A DNA stretch of 34,881 nt from Gemmatimonadota bacterium (GCA_039586365.1 JBDHKN010000053.1:1-34881); one strand, 5' to 3'. Positions 1 through 10,762 are shown, counted from the stretch's first letter. Made by a program: numbers and translations. The notes: generated by a model from the sequence alone, not told the origin.

Positions 1-915
1 ATGAAGGCATTAACCTATTTCAAAGCTCTGTCCGATCCGACGCGGGTGCGGATCCTCAATGTCCTGCGGCACATCGAGCTGAACGTGAACGAGATCGTGA
101 AACTGCTCGAAATGGGACAATCGAGGGTGTCGCGTCATCTGAAAATCATGAACGACAGCGGACTCCTGGTATCGCGACGTGATGGGCTCTGGGTTTTCTA
201 TTCCGCGCCGAAGAACGGCGATGTCAGCGGATTTATCGATTCCATCGGCTACCTCTTGTCCGGGGATCCCGTTCTGGATGCCGATCTGGAGCGTGCGGGA
301 GACATCCTCAACGACCGGAAGAGAGAAACATCCCGGTTCTTCGACTCGGTTGCCGAAGACTGGGAGGTGATGAAACGGACCATTATCGGCGAGCGCGACC
401 TTGCGGCGGATATCCTGAATCATATGCATTCGTGCGACGTCGTCGCGGATCTCGGCTGCGGCACGGGCGACCTCCTGGTTCCCCTGCAAAAGAAGGCGAA
501 GACGATCATCGGCGTGGACAATTCACCAAGGATGCTCGAACGGGCCCAACGCTATTGCGCGGACAACGGGATCGACGCGGATCTTCGCATCGGTGAGCTC
601 GAGCACCTGCCGATGCGGAACGCGGAAGCGGATTGCGTCATCATCAACCTCGTCCTGCACCATCTGGCGGTACCGCTAGACGGAATCCGGGAGGCGCGTC
701 GCGTGCTGAAGAAAAACGGCTGGCTGATTGTAACCGATTTTGACAAACACGAAGATGAGACGCTGCGTCGGCAATACGGGGACCGGTGGCTCGGGTTTGC
801 TAAGATGGAAGTGGAAAAATGGATGAAAAATGTTAACTTCAAGACGAAGACATTTGAACAACTCAAGGTCAAGCGAGACCTGAACATCAATCTTTATGTG
901 GCACACAGGAATTAA
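1..915 (+). CDS. ArsR/SmtB HTH + SAM-binding methyltransferase-domain regulator (SahR-like)
   Basis: N-terminal ArsR motif (FKALSDPTRVRIL...QSRVSRHLK...RRDGLWVFY), C-terminal class I MTase motif DLGCGTG; directly upstream of ahcY, the usual SahR context. Confidence 0.9.
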   Translation: MKALTYFKALSDPTRVRILNVLRHIELNVNEIVKLLEMGQSRVSRHLKIMNDSGLLVSRRDGLWVFYSAPKNGDVSGFIDSIGYLLSGDPVLDADLERAGDILNDRKRETSRFFDSVAEDWEVMKRTIIGERDLAADILNHMHSCDVVADLGCGTGDLLVPLQKKAKTIIGVDNSPRMLERAQRYCADNGIDADLRIGELEHLPMRNAEADCVIINLVLHHLAVPLDGIREARRVLKKNGWLIVTDFDKHEDETLRRQYGDRWLGFAKMEVEKWMKNVNFKTKTFEQLKVKRDLNINLYVAHRN

Positions 916-931
916 TTAACGGAGGTGTACG

Positions 932-2368
932 ATGACAACGACCACGAAAACAGAGATTCTTCCGCTGGATCTGGACTTGAAATACAAGGTGGCGGACATA
1001 TCCCTTGCCGACTGGGGCAGAAAGGAGATGCAACTTGCCGAGAAGGAGATGCCGGGTCTGATGGCGGTCCGCGAGAAATACGGCCCGAAAAAGCCGCTGA
1101 ACGGATTGAAAGTCACCGGCAGCCTTCATATGACCATCCAGACCGCCATGTTGATCGAGACGCTGGTGGAGCTCGGCGCGGATGTCCGATGGGCGTCGTG
1201 CAACATCTTCTCGACGCAGGACCACGCCGCCGCGGCTATCGCGGAGGCGGGACAGGCCGCGGTCTTCGCGTGGAAAGGCGAGACGCTGGAGGAATACTGG
1301 TGGTGCACCGAGATGGCACTGACGTGGCCCGATGGCAGCGGCCCCGACCTGATCGTCGATGACGGCGGCGACGCGACCCTCTTCATTCATGAAGGGGTTA
1401 AGGCGGAGAACCACCCGGCATTGGTAGACCAACCTTCGGATAACCGGGAATTCCAGTGTGTCCTCAACCGCCTAAAGGCAAGTCTCGAGCGAGACCCCCG
1501 GCACTGGACCGAGGTGGCGAAAAAGGTCCAGGGTGTCTCGGAGGAGACGACCACCGGCGTTCACCGGCTCTATCATCTGGCCAGCGAAAACAAGCTCCTC
1601 TTCCCCGCGATCAACGTGAACGACTCAGTCACCAAGTCGAAGTTCGACAACAAGTACGGCTGCCGCGAATCGCTTGCGGACAGTCTCAAGCGCGCGACCG
1701 ATATCATGCTCGCGGGAAAGGTGATCGTGATCCTTGGGTACGGCGACGTCGGCAAGGGCTGTGCCCAGTCGATGCGAGAGTATGGCGCACGCGTCATCAT
1801 CACGGAAATCGACCCGATTTGCGCGTTGCAGGCCATGATGGAAGGCTATGAGGTGAATACCCTGGAGAACGTCGCCGAGATCGGCGATATCTTCGTCACG
1901 GCAACCGGCAACTACAAGGTCATCCGCGGTGACCACGTCGAGCGGATGAAAGACGAGGCCATCGTCTGCAACATCGGTCATTTCGACAACGAGATCGACA
2001 TGGAGTACATCGAGTCAAACGGCACGCGAACCGTGATCAAGCCGCAGGTCGACAAGTGGACGATGAAGTCGGGCCGTTCCATCATCGTACTGGCCGAGGG
2101 ACGCCTGGTAAACCTGGGTTGCGCAACTGGCCATCCGAGTTTCGTGATGAGCAACAGCTTCACGAACCAGTGCCTGGCCCAGATGGAACTCGCGTCTCGT
2201 GAACACGAGAAAAAGGTATACACGCTCTCCAAGGAACTCGACGAAGAGGTCGCGCGCCTGCACGTGGAGGCGCTCGGCGGTAAACTGACCAAGCTCTCGA
2301 AGGAGCAGGCCGACTACATCGGCTTTCCGGTCGAAGGTCCCTTCAAGCCGGAGCACTATCGGTATTAA
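932..2368 (+). CDS. ahcY: Adenosylhomocysteinase (S-adenosyl-L-homocysteine hydrolase)
   Basis: [60 protein letters not shown]-terminal KPEHYRY; GGAGG RBS. Confidence 0.98.
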   Translation: MTTTTKTEILPLDLDLKYKVADISLADWGRKEMQLAEKEMPGLMAVREKYGPKKPLNGLKVTGSLHMTIQTAMLIETLVELGADVRWASCNIFSTQDHAAAAIAEAGQAAVFAWKGETLEEYWWCTEMALTWPDGSGPDLIVDDGGDATLFIHEGVKAENHPALVDQPSDNREFQCVLNRLKASLERDPRHWTEVAKKVQGVSEETTTGVHRLYHLASENKLLFPAINVNDSVTKSKFDNKYGCRESLADSLKRATDIMLAGKVIVILGYGDVGKGCAQSMREYGARVIITEIDPICALQAMMEGYEVNTLENVAEIGDIFVTATGNYKVIRGDHVERMKDEAIVCNIGHFDNEIDMEYIESNGTRTVIKPQVDKWTMKSGRSIIVLAEGRLVNLGCATGHPSFVMSNSFTNQCLAQMELASREHEKKVYTLSKELDEEVARLHVEALGGKLTKLSKEQADYIGFPVEGPFKPEHYRY

Positions 2369-2422
2369 GAACAGACATCGTTTCCGGAAGGCCGGAACCG
2401 ACTGAAAACACCTCCGAATGAT

Positions 2423-2460
2423 AAAAGGTAGAATGTCTCCGAAAGGCGTTCTACCTTTTT
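2423..2460. terminator. Intrinsic terminator after ahcY (possibly bidirectional)
   Basis: AAAAGGTAGAATGTCT-loop-AGGCGTTCTACCTTTTT inverted repeat flanked by A and T runs. Confidence 0.8.
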
Positions 2461-2650
2461 GTTGCCAGGTCTAGCTCCAGCGGCAGGAGTATCTCGATGC
2501 CCTCTCTCCAAGAGGTTACCACACCACCAACATTTATGAGTTTCTTTTCATTGAAACAACCAACGAAATTTAACAGTAATGTAATTAAAGGCTCCAGCCC
2601 GATTCGACACCAGCAGCCACGAGCCACTGTTCTTCAGGAAGGTTGACGTC

Positions 2651-3850
2651 ATGAGACAATATAAGCTCATTTTCACGCTGATCGCCCTGCTCTTTCTCTT
2701 CCAGACCGCCTGCGACGAACCAATGCAGGCCCCAGTTACGAACCAAGGCGGCATCGTCCTGAGGAACGGCCTGCTGATCGACGGGACCGGCAAAGATCCG
2801 GTCGAGGATGCGGCCGTGCTGATCCAGAACGGGAGGATCCGGGCGGTCGGCAGGGACTCCGACATCTCAACCCCGGACAACGCGACCGTCGTCGATCTCG
2901 AGGGGGCAACTCTCCTGCCTGGTTTCATCAACGCCCACGTTCACAACGGATTCAGCCAGTATAATCTCAGGGCCTGGGCTCGAGCCGGCGTGACGACCGT
3001 GAGGGATGTCGGGGCGTATTACCACTCGACCCTCTTCCAGACGCGCGACGACCTGAACAGTGATAACGAAAACGCCCGGCTGGTCGCCGCCGGCCCGATG
3101 GTCACGGTTCCGGGGGGATACCCGATCGTCCCTTGGGGCGCGGCCTCCGCCTACACCGTATCGACGGTGTATGAGGCCAGCCAGGAGGTCGCCGGTATCA
3201 TCGACGATGGGGCCGACATGATCAAGATCGCCCTGGAGCGGGGAGATGTCTTCGGCCTGGAGATCCCCGTCTTAACTAATGACATGGCCGCTGAGATCGT
3301 TCGGGTTGCCCATGCCAGGGAGACCGTTGTCTCAGCGCACATCCTCGCCGCGCGCGACATCGAGCTAGCGATTGCCGCGGGGGTCGACGACATCGCCCAC
3401 ATGGTTCAAACCTATGCCACCGCTGGCCAGATCGACCAGGTTGTCCAGGCTGGCATCACATGGGTTCCGACGCTCGAGCTATATTACCACGTCGGTTACG
3501 GCACCTTGAACATCGCCATCAGCAACCTGACGCAATTCGTGGCTGCCGGCGGGAGGGTCGCGATGGGGACCGATTACGACGGGTACAACGCCCGATTCGA
3601 ACTCGGCATGCCGATTCTCGAAATCGGTTTCATGGCGGACGCGGGAATGACGCCAATGGAGATCATCGTCGCGGGAACCAAGAACGCCGCCCGTGTCTGC
3701 AACCTCGAGAGAGATCTGGGAACCCTCGAGACGGGAAAGATCGCCGACATCCTGGTCGTCAACGGCAACCCGCTCGAGGACATCGAAAGCGTCCTTACGG
3801 ATGTCCGGCTCGTCGTCCACAACGGGATCATCATCGTAGACAATAATTAG
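2651..3850 (+). CDS. Metal-dependent amidohydrolase family protein, probable lipoprotein
   Basis: PGFINAHVH, GVTTVRDVG, IKIA, SAH, IAH, MGTD, GKIADILV motifs; hydrophobic leader ending in QTAC. Confidence 0.88.
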   Translation: MRQYKLIFTLIALLFLFQTACDEPMQAPVTNQGGIVLRNGLLIDGTGKDPVEDAAVLIQNGRIRAVGRDSDISTPDNATVVDLEGATLLPGFINAHVHNGFSQYNLRAWARAGVTTVRDVGAYYHSTLFQTRDDLNSDNENARLVAAGPMVTVPGGYPIVPWGAASAYTVSTVYEASQEVAGIIDDGADMIKIALERGDVFGLEIPVLTNDMAAEIVRVAHARETVVSAHILAARDIELAIAAGVDDIAHMVQTYATAGQIDQVVQAGITWVPTLELYYHVGYGTLNIAISNLTQFVAAGGRVAMGTDYDGYNARFELGMPILEIGFMADAGMTPMEIIVAGTKNAARVCNLERDLGTLETGKIADILVVNGNPLEDIESVLTDVRLVVHNGIIIVDNN

Positions 3851-3998
3851 GAGATTCAGTAGTAAGGCGCTCTCGGCAGGAACCCGTCCATCTTCTCTTC
3901 CGGTAATTACAGGGAACCCTTTATTGACAATGCATTGAAATATACCCAGATACACGGTATTGACATCGGATACCGTAATCGTAACCAAGGAGTGTAAT

Positions 3999-4805
3999 AT
4001 GAATCGCCTGACGATAATCTCTTTCGTGTGTATTCTTTCTGTCATCATGCTGTCTCCCGCCCTGCACGCGAGCGTAAAGGGGGAGGATGTGGACTACAAA
4101 GCCAACGGCGTCGTGCTGAAAGGATATCTGGCATATGACGATGCAATCGAGGGTGAACGTCCCGGCGTTCTCGTGGTTCACGAGTGGTGGGGCCACAACG
4201 AGTACGCGCGCGGGCGTGCACGAATGTTGGCGGGGATGGGGTACACGGCGCTCGCGGTCGACATGTACGGCAATGGAAAAACGGCCGAACATCCGGACAA
4301 TGCCGCAAAGTTCTCCAGCGAGGTCATGAAGAACCAGGAGGTTGCCCGCGGGAGGTTCATGGCGGCCCTCGAGGTCCTGAAAGGGCATGGAACCGTGAAT
4401 CCGGATCGCATCGCCGCCATCGGGTACTGCTTCGGGGGAGGTGTGGTTCTCGCCATGGCGCGCTCAGGCGTCGATCTCGACGGTGTCGTAAGCTTTCACG
4501 GCAATCTCTCGACGACAGAACCTGCCCGGACGGGTGAGGTGAAGACGAGCATCCTCGTCTGTCACGGAGCCGACGATCCGTTCGTTTCCGAGGAACAAAT
4601 TGAAACTTTCAAGAAGGAGATGAAGTCGGCCGAAGCGGATCTCACCTTCAAATCGTACGAGGGTGCGGTGCACAGTTTTACAAATCCGGATGCCGATCGA
4701 ATCGGGAAGAAGTTCGATCTCCCCCTCGCCTACAATCAAAAAGCCGACCAAAAATCTTGGTCCGACATGCAGAGCTTTTTCGACAGAATCTTCAAAGAAG
4801 AATGA
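3999..4805 (+). CDS. Dienelactone hydrolase family protein with signal peptide
   Basis: HEWWG, GYCFGG nucleophile Cys, HGADD, GAVHSF; start moved to ATG 3999 because AAGGAG precedes it. Confidence 0.92.
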   Translation: MNRLTIISFVCILSVIMLSPALHASVKGEDVDYKANGVVLKGYLAYDDAIEGERPGVLVVHEWWGHNEYARGRARMLAGMGYTALAVDMYGNGKTAEHPDNAAKFSSEVMKNQEVARGRFMAALEVLKGHGTVNPDRIAAIGYCFGGGVVLAMARSGVDLDGVVSFHGNLSTTEPARTGEVKTSILVCHGADDPFVSEEQIETFKKEMKSAEADLTFKSYEGAVHSFTNPDADRIGKKFDLPLAYNQKADQKSWSDMQSFFDRIFKEE

Positions 4806-4929
4806 GGGCGGGTCGCCTCCCCGGATCGATCTCACATGACCCACCTGCGGCACCCAGATGAAGATCATCCCGTTCACACCCGGAACGATCTGGAGATGAA
4901 AAAATCCTGTCAATTTCACCAAGATTAAC

Positions 4930-4959
4930 TTGACAAGAATGGAGAAGGTGGGCTATCAT
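4930..4959 (+). promoter_or_regulatory. Putative sigma70 promoter of the 5055 gene
   Basis: TTGACA-N18-TATCAT. Confidence 0.55.
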
Positions 4960-5054
4960 AAACATCAGTGGGATGTGAAATGATATGAGTATTTATTCGT
5001 TCGAGGATGGTGTGATACCTGGGTTCTTACGTTGGGATTAGGGAGGCGGATAAA

Positions 5055-5576
5055 ATGAGATATCCAGTATTTATTTATCTGATCTTTTGTGTTACCTGTT
5101 CTCTCCTCGCACCTGACATCGGGGCGGATGATATCTTCTTTCCCAGCAGGGTGGACAACGGGTCATTCGAGGAATGGAGTGGCGGCTCTCTGCTCGACTG
5201 GCAAGGGGAGGGGTGGATAGATGCGGATCCAGCAGATCCCCTTCTCGGAGATTATGCCGTTCAGCTTTCAAATGTGATGCCCTGGGATGGATACCTGTAC
5301 CAGGAGTTCCCTTATAGAAGTGGGCCACTCCTGTTCGGATTTGCGTGTTGGTCCTGGTGGACGGCGGGCGACAAGATCATCGTGAGGTTTTTCGATGCTC
5401 AGATGGAGGAGATCTCCTACAGGAGATGGGACAGTTACGGAGGCGATTGGCAGATCACCTTCGAAGTATTGCGTCCACCAGCCGGTACGGCCACAATCCG
5501 GGTCGAATTGGTGCCCATGCTCGATGGGGAGGGGATACTCATCGTCGATCACCTCTTCATGATCCCGGTCAAGTAG
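5055..5576 (+). CDS. Secreted hypothetical protein, CBM4/9-like beta-sandwich
   Basis: GGAGG RBS, signal peptide, NGSFE...W...G.YAV...LYQ pattern, Trp-rich. Confidence 0.6.
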   Translation: MRYPVFIYLIFCVTCSLLAPDIGADDIFFPSRVDNGSFEEWSGGSLLDWQGEGWIDADPADPLLGDYAVQLSNVMPWDGYLYQEFPYRSGPLLFGFACWSWWTAGDKIIVRFFDAQMEEISYRRWDSYGGDWQITFEVLRPPAGTATIRVELVPMLDGEGILIVDHLFMIPVK

Positions 5577-5703
5577 AAATAGCAAGGTTTATCCCACACC
5601 GGATTCTCTTACCTCTAGCTCCATCGAAGCAAATGTTGTTCTCTTCCTGTGGTTCATCGGCACAATTCCGGAACTCTCTGAGCTTTTCTCTGCAAACTCA
5701 CTG

Positions 5704-7899
5704 TTACTTCGACAATACCATTTTCCTCGCGGACGACCCGTTTCCGGTATCGAGCCGATAGATATAGACGCCACTCGGCACCGTGTGACCGGAATCATCC
5801 CTGCCATCCCAAGAAAATTGGTGATGCCCGGCCTCAAGTTCCCCATTGAACAGGGTCACGAGATGCCTGCCACGGATATCGAAAATTTCCAAGCGGACCG
5901 GCACGACTCCCGCATCGTTCGTTCCGGAGAGATCAAATGATATAGTCGTCTGGGGATTGAACGGGTTCGGAAAATTCTGTCCGAGGCCGAACGCCCTCGG
6001 CAGAGAGATTCCGGGGCCATCCCCACCGACGGAGGTGAGACCACCCGTGCAGAAAGAGAAGACCTCGGTGCTTTCCCGGTAAAATCCCTGGTTGTTGTAG
6101 GAATAGACCTTCCAGAAATAGATCCCCCTGGAGAGTGTATCCGCTAAGGTATGAGAATTCTCGGGGATATCCCAGACCACGATGGGCTCCGTGAAAAGAC
6201 TGTCCTCCGAGATCATCAACTTGTACCATACCGATCGACCAAGGGGATCGACGGAGGCGGTCCAGCTGAACTCGATACCGGTCACCGCAACCGTATCCCC
6301 CTCGGCCGGTGAAAGGATCGAAAACGGAAGCGGTGTCAGTTCCACACCCTCGTCATAGATCGCGCTCAGTACATCGATCAGCCCGGATCCGTAGTCGTTA
6401 TCAGGTGTCGTCGCTCTGGAGGCGGTCGCCATCAGGGCTTCGCGGATCTCCATCGGGCCCCATTCAGGATGGGCCTCCAGGACGAGTGCGGCAGCTCCAC
6501 CTACGAGCGGTGTCGAGAGGCAGGTCCCCGAAGACCAGCCATAACCTCCGCCTGAAGCCGCCGCGTAGGTAAGGTCTCCTCTGGCCACGACCTCGGGTTT
6601 GATCCTTCCATCGAAAGTGGGACCGCGTGAGCTGAAATCCGCAAGGACTCCATCTATGTCGACCGCACCGCACGCGATCACGCTGTCCGCGTCGGCCGGC
6701 GTCCAGAGGCTTCCGGGACCCTCCAATCCGGAATTCGAGATTGCATTACAGACCAATATACCGCGACGAGCTGCCGCGTCGACCGCAATTGAAACGATTG
6801 TTGTGTTGCCGTCAAGTTCATTGTAGCTATGGTCGTTGACCGGATCGTCGAAATCACGGTACGCCAGAGAGGCACTGGCGATTTCGACCCCGAGCGAGTC
6901 TCCCCACTCGAGGGCTGCGACGAAGTTGTCCTCCTCGGCGGGCGTCTCCGAACGGAGGTCCTCGGTCTTGGCGAGCAGAAACGATGCGCCGTAAGCCGGT
7001 CCGATCAGTTGTCCGGGCGCGTACCCGCCGAGGACCGACCAGGACATCGTCCCGTGGGTGTCCTGGATTGGGATATCCTCCGGTTCGTTCTGGGTCTCTC
7101 CGTCATTGAACACGAAATCCCACTCCGCGATGACCTCGATATCCGTAAAGCATACATGGTCCTTGTAAAAACCGCTGTCCATCATCATGACGATCACGCC
7201 GCCGCCCGAATAGCCCGAGTCGTGGACCGCGGGGACATTGATCTGTTCGAGCTGCCCGAGGGAAGGGCCGTAATCGTGATTTTCGGATAATTGACTCTCA
7301 TCCTCCCCTCTCATCTTTTCGCGCTCCGCCGGATCGATCGGGTCGATCATCCTGATGCTGGCCACCCGCTGGATCCGCGTGACAAAGGGATAGGTCGATA
7401 TCTCCCGGATCATCGCGGGCGTGGCCTCCACGCTGACGGCATTCAGCCATTTCGAGCGTTGACGCAACATGCATCCCGAGGAAAGGACATGATCGACATA
7501 CACCGCCTTCAGAGGCAAATCGCCAAACAACGCGACATTCTCCCCAAGCGTTTTCGATCGGCGCCAGCGAACTCGCGGGGAGAATTGCCGGGCGCGTACG
7601 CTTAAAGCGCGCTGGATAGCATCCGGGTCCGAATAGCCTTTATCGCTAAATAAGATCCAGACGGCGATCCTTTCGCCGGGAGGGGTGGATCCGAGATCAT
7701 CGAGCAACCGTCCGGATATCGCCTTCTCTTCCTTACCAACCGGGTCGCTGCGTTTATTTTCCACGAGACCGAACATGTCCGTTTCGAGTACAAAAAAGAG
7801 CCCGATGATTGATGCAATCAGAATGAACAGCTTGAACTTGCAGTTCGCATCATTCAAATCTACCTCCCATGAAAAACGGGTAATCGAACGATCGTTCAC
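5704..7899 (-). CDS. S8 subtilisin-like peptidase (nucleophile position Cys) with FlgD-Ig/T9SS-type C-terminal domain
   Basis: MMDSG (Asp), HGT (His), NAISNSG oxyanion region, FSSRGPT..GRIKPEVVARG, SGTCLSTP; C-terminal QNFPNPFNP domain. Start uncertain: in-frame TTG at 7857 follows GGAGG. Confidence 0.9.
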   Translation of the reverse strand: MNDRSITRFSWEVDLNDANCKFKLFILIASIIGLFFVLETDMFGLVENKRSDPVGKEEKAISGRLLDDLGSTPPGERIAVWILFSDKGYSDPDAIQRALSVRARQFSPRVRWRRSKTLGENVALFGDLPLKAVYVDHVLSSGCMLRQRSKWLNAVSVEATPAMIREISTYPFVTRIQRVASIRMIDPIDPAEREKMRGEDESQLSENHDYGPSLGQLEQINVPAVHDSGYSGGGVIVMMMDSGFYKDHVCFTDIEVIAEWDFVFNDGETQNEPEDIPIQDTHGTMSWSVLGGYAPGQLIGPAYGASFLLAKTEDLRSETPAEEDNFVAALEWGDSLGVEIASASLAYRDFDDPVNDHSYNELDGNTTIVSIAVDAAARRGILVCNAISNSGLEGPGSLWTPADADSVIACGAVDIDGVLADFSSRGPTFDGRIKPEVVARGDLTYAAASGGGYGWSSGTCLSTPLVGGAAALVLEAHPEWGPMEIREALMATASRATTPDNDYGSGLIDVLSAIYDEGVELTPLPFSILSPAEGDTVAVTGIEFSWTASVDPLGRSVWYKLMISEDSLFTEPIVVWDIPENSHTLADTLSRGIYFWKVYSYNNQGFYRESTEVFSFCTGGLTSVGGDGPGISLPRAFGLGQNFPNPFNPQTTISFDLSGTNDAGVVPVRLEIFDIRGRHLVTLFNGELEAGHHQFSWDGRDDSGHTVPSGVYIYRLDTGNGSSARKMVLSK

Positions 7900-7904
7900 C
7901 TTGA

Positions 7905-7922
7905 TTGTAAATATATTTACAA
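7905..7922. promoter_or_regulatory. Perfect 18-bp palindrome, Rex-like operator upstream of the S8 gene
   Basis: TTGTAAATATATTTACAA; Rex consensus is TTGTGAA-N4-TTCACAA. Confidence 0.5.
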
Positions 7923-8085
7923 ACTATAATACGACCAAGAATGGTGTAAAGTTTCCGGGAGAGATCACTTCTTCCATCACAACAAAGACCCCCTGTTTTG
8001 TCTTGGAATCTAATACAAAGTGTCCAAGGAGATCTGATATAGCTACACCCATTAAGCCGTTCTATCTCCAGATTGCATGAAAATA

Positions 8086-8116
8086 GCCCTATACGGGTGC
8101 TCATCCGATATAGGGC
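8086..8116 (-). terminator. Hairpin downstream of FG-GAP gene copy A
   Basis: GCCCTATACGGGTG / CATCCGATATAGGGC stem followed by TATTTT on the minus strand. Confidence 0.55.
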
Positions 8117-8158
8117 CACTTTGTTTATATGAGTCTGAGGCATGCTCTCAGACACCAA

Positions 8159-10693
8159 TCAGTATCTTGATGAACTCCTAGGGACTGCTATCCTGCCTTC
8201 TCCCGATCCAACCACCATCACCCGGAAGGAATCCTCGTCGAGGATTTCGTCTATCAGCGACGTGGCTTCGAGGGAAACGATATAGTCGCCCAATGGATAA
8301 CCTTCATCGATAATGACCGAATCATCCCGAACCTTCTCATTCCTTCCACCCAAAGTAAATGACCGAGGGCCTTTAAATAAGGAAGCTGGTCCTCCTACCG
8401 GTTTCAACCATATGGTGAGTTCAAATGTTATTGTGGTATCTACCTCGGAGGATAAAGTAATGACGACTGGAAGGACATCACCCTGAGGTATGATATCCAG
8501 CGGGCTATCGATCTCGACATCGATCTCTTTCCAATTACCTAAAAGGATAGCAACAGAATTACCCCAATTGGCCACTGCCAGGTCCTGATGGCCATCCTCA
8601 TCGAAGTCACCGATCGCAACTGAACGCGGACTATACCCCGCGCCATAGAAAATAGCCGGCTCGAAAGAGCCGTCACCTCCTCCCAACAGGATAGCCGCAT
8701 CATCACCACTTTTATCAGCCACTGCCAGGTCCTGGTGACCGTCCTCATCGAAGTCGCCAATCGCAACTGAATATGCTAAACCGCATACCCCGTAGAAAGA
8801 AGCCAGACCGAATGAGCCTTCACCATTGCCCAGAAGGATCGATACATCTTCACTGAATTCATTGGCTGTTACCAGGTCCTGATGGCCGTCCTCGTTGAAG
8901 TCGCCGACCGCAACTGAACGTGGACAATCGCCCACGCCATAAAGAGAGGGCGTGCCGAACGATCCGTCACCATTGCCAAGTAGGATAGCCATATCATCAT
9001 AATAAACAGTAGCCACTGCCAGGTCCTGATGGCCGTCCTCGTCAAAATCGCCGATCGCTACTGAATATGGACCATTACCCGCGCCATAGAATGAAGCCGT
9101 AGCAAACGATCCGTCACCATTACCCAAAAGGATAGCCACATCATCCGTCCATATATTCGCCACTGCCAGGTCCTGATGGCCGTCCTCGTCAAAGTCACCG
9201 ACCGCAACGGAACGTGGATCATCGCCCACGTTATAGAATGAGGCTGACGCGAACGAACCATCCCCGTTGCCCAGGAGGATAGATACATCATCGCTCCATA
9301 GATTGGCCACCACCAGGTCCTGATGGCCGTCCTCGTCAAAATCGCCGATCGCTACTGAATGGGGAATATCGCCTGCACCGTAGTATGATGCGGTACCGAA
9401 GGAGCCGTCACCGTTACCTAGAAGAATACCCACATTATCACTTTCCTCATTGGCTATCGCCAGATCCAAATGGCCGTCCTCGTCAAAGTCACCAATCGCA
9501 ACTGAACGTGGCTCATCGCCCACGTCATAGAGTGAGGCTGACGCGAACGAGCCATCCCCGTTGCCCAGCAAGATCGCCACATCATCATTTGCACTAGTGT
9601 CCTCAATATTGTAACTATTGGCCACTGCCAGGTCCTGATGACCGTCCTCGTCAAAGTCACCGACCGCGAGGGATGCTGGATCTTCGCCAGCGTGATAGAA
9701 TGAAGCCGTTCCGAAGGAGCCATCACCACCGCCTGGAAGAATAGCCACGACATCACCGTAATAATTGGCCGACGCCAGATCCTGATGGCCGTCCTCGTCA
9801 AAGTCGCCCACGGTAACCGAATAGGGACCATAGCCGACAGCATAGAATGAGGCTGTTCCGAATGAGCCGTCACCGCTACCCAGTAGGATAGCCACATCAT
9901 CACTCCTATGGTTGACCACCGCAAGGTCCTGATGGCCGTCCTCGTCAAAGTCACCGATCGCAACTGATCGTGGACTATCGCCCATATCGTAGAATGAAGC
10001 CGTACTGAACGAGCCATCACCGCCGCCTATCAGTATAACCAGATCATCACCCCAATAATTGGTCACTGCCAGGTCCTGATGACCGTCCTCATTAAAGTCG
10101 CCGATCGCGACTGAATGTGGCCAACTACCCGCACCATAGAACGAGGCTGTCCCGAACGAGCCGTCACCGTTACCCAGAAGGATAGCTACATCACCATCAG
10201 GCATATAATTTGCCACCGCCAGGTCCTGATGGCCGTCCTCATTAAAGTCGCCGACCGCGACTGAATTTGGGTTCCCCCCCGCGGCATAGAATGAGGTTGT
10301 CCCGAACGAACCGTCACCGTTGCCGAGGAGGATGGACACATCATCACTGTTAAAATTGGTCGTCACCACGTCCAAATGGCCGTCTTCGTCAAAGTCACCG
10401 ATGGCGACGGATATTGGATTTTCGCCAACGGAATAGAATGAGGCTGTACCGAACGAGCCATCACCGCTGCCCAGAAGAACAGCCACATCATTACCGTCAA
10501 AATTGGCCACTGTCAGGTCCTGAAGACCGTCTTCGTTGAAGTCTCCTATCGCGATTGAATACGAACAATCCCCTGCGGGGAAACCGAATCTCGCAGGCCA
10601 AAAATGCGGCCAGTCCTGGGAATAAGAGATCTTGGGTACAATAACAATCAAAAGTAGAGCCATAAAGAGCGCAGATTGGTACCTTTTCATCAT
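8159..10693 (-). CDS. Secreted FG-GAP/VCBS-repeat protein, 14 repeats plus C-terminal Ig-like domain (copy A)
   Basis: Signal peptide; 14 GDF(D/N)EDGxxD(L/V)...ILLGNGDGSF units of about 49 aa; GGAGG RBS. Confidence 0.92.
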   Translation of the reverse strand: MMKRYQSALFMALLLIVIVPKISYSQDWPHFWPARFGFPAGDCSYSIAIGDFNEDGLQDLTVANFDGNDVAVLLGSGDGSFGTASFYSVGENPISVAIGDFDEDGHLDVVTTNFNSDDVSILLGNGDGSFGTTSFYAAGGNPNSVAVGDFNEDGHQDLAVANYMPDGDVAILLGNGDGSFGTASFYGAGSWPHSVAIGDFNEDGHQDLAVTNYWGDDLVILIGGGDGSFSTASFYDMGDSPRSVAIGDFDEDGHQDLAVVNHRSDDVAILLGSGDGSFGTASFYAVGYGPYSVTVGDFDEDGHQDLASANYYGDVVAILPGGGDGSFGTASFYHAGEDPASLAVGDFDEDGHQDLAVANSYNIEDTSANDDVAILLGNGDGSFASASLYDVGDEPRSVAIGDFDEDGHLDLAIANEESDNVGILLGNGDGSFGTASYYGAGDIPHSVAIGDFDEDGHQDLVVANLWSDDVSILLGNGDGSFASASFYNVGDDPRSVAVGDFDEDGHQDLAVANIWTDDVAILLGNGDGSFATASFYGAGNGPYSVAIGDFDEDGHQDLAVATVYYDDMAILLGNGDGSFGTPSLYGVGDCPRSVAVGDFNEDGHQDLVTANEFSEDVSILLGNGEGSFGLASFYGVCGLAYSVAIGDFDEDGHQDLAVADKSGDDAAILLGGGDGSFEPAIFYGAGYSPRSVAIGDFDEDGHQDLAVANWGNSVAILLGNWKEIDVEIDSPLDIIPQGDVLPVVITLSSEVDTTITFELTIWLKPVGGPASLFKGPRSFTLGGRNEKVRDDSVIIDEGYPLGDYIVSLEATSLIDEILDEDSFRVMVVGSGEGRIAVPRSSSRY

Positions 10694-10746
10694 ACACCTC
10701 CAGTGTAAGAAGCCAGAAGACCTTCAAAAGTTCACGACTCTCTAAA

Positions 10747-10762
10747 AGCAATCGCAATACCA
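10747..10762 (-). promoter_or_regulatory. sigma54 (-24/-12) promoter of FG-GAP copy A
   Basis: Minus strand TGGTATTGCGATTGCT fits TGGYAY-N5-TTGCW; conserved in copy B. Confidence 0.75.

Noticed and set aside
1..2368. ArsR-methyltransferase fusion as a novel system
   Set aside because: Matches the known SahR-ahcY arrangement of SAM-cycle regulation
2461..2500. Possible degenerate junction (hairpin then TAGCTCCAGCGGCAGGA); also TGGCTCCAGG near 34487
   Set aside because: Core mismatched and no arm similarity; too weak to call
7818..7853. Possible frameshift at the S8 gene start (out-of-frame ATGATG after the RBS)
   Set aside because: An in-frame TTG at 7857 is adequately spaced from the same RBS; cannot be resolved without reads or homologs
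8520..10570. Regular repeats that might be a CRISPR array
   Set aside because: About 147-bp degenerate units in frame within the FG-GAP CDS; no identical repeats with unique spacers and no cas genes
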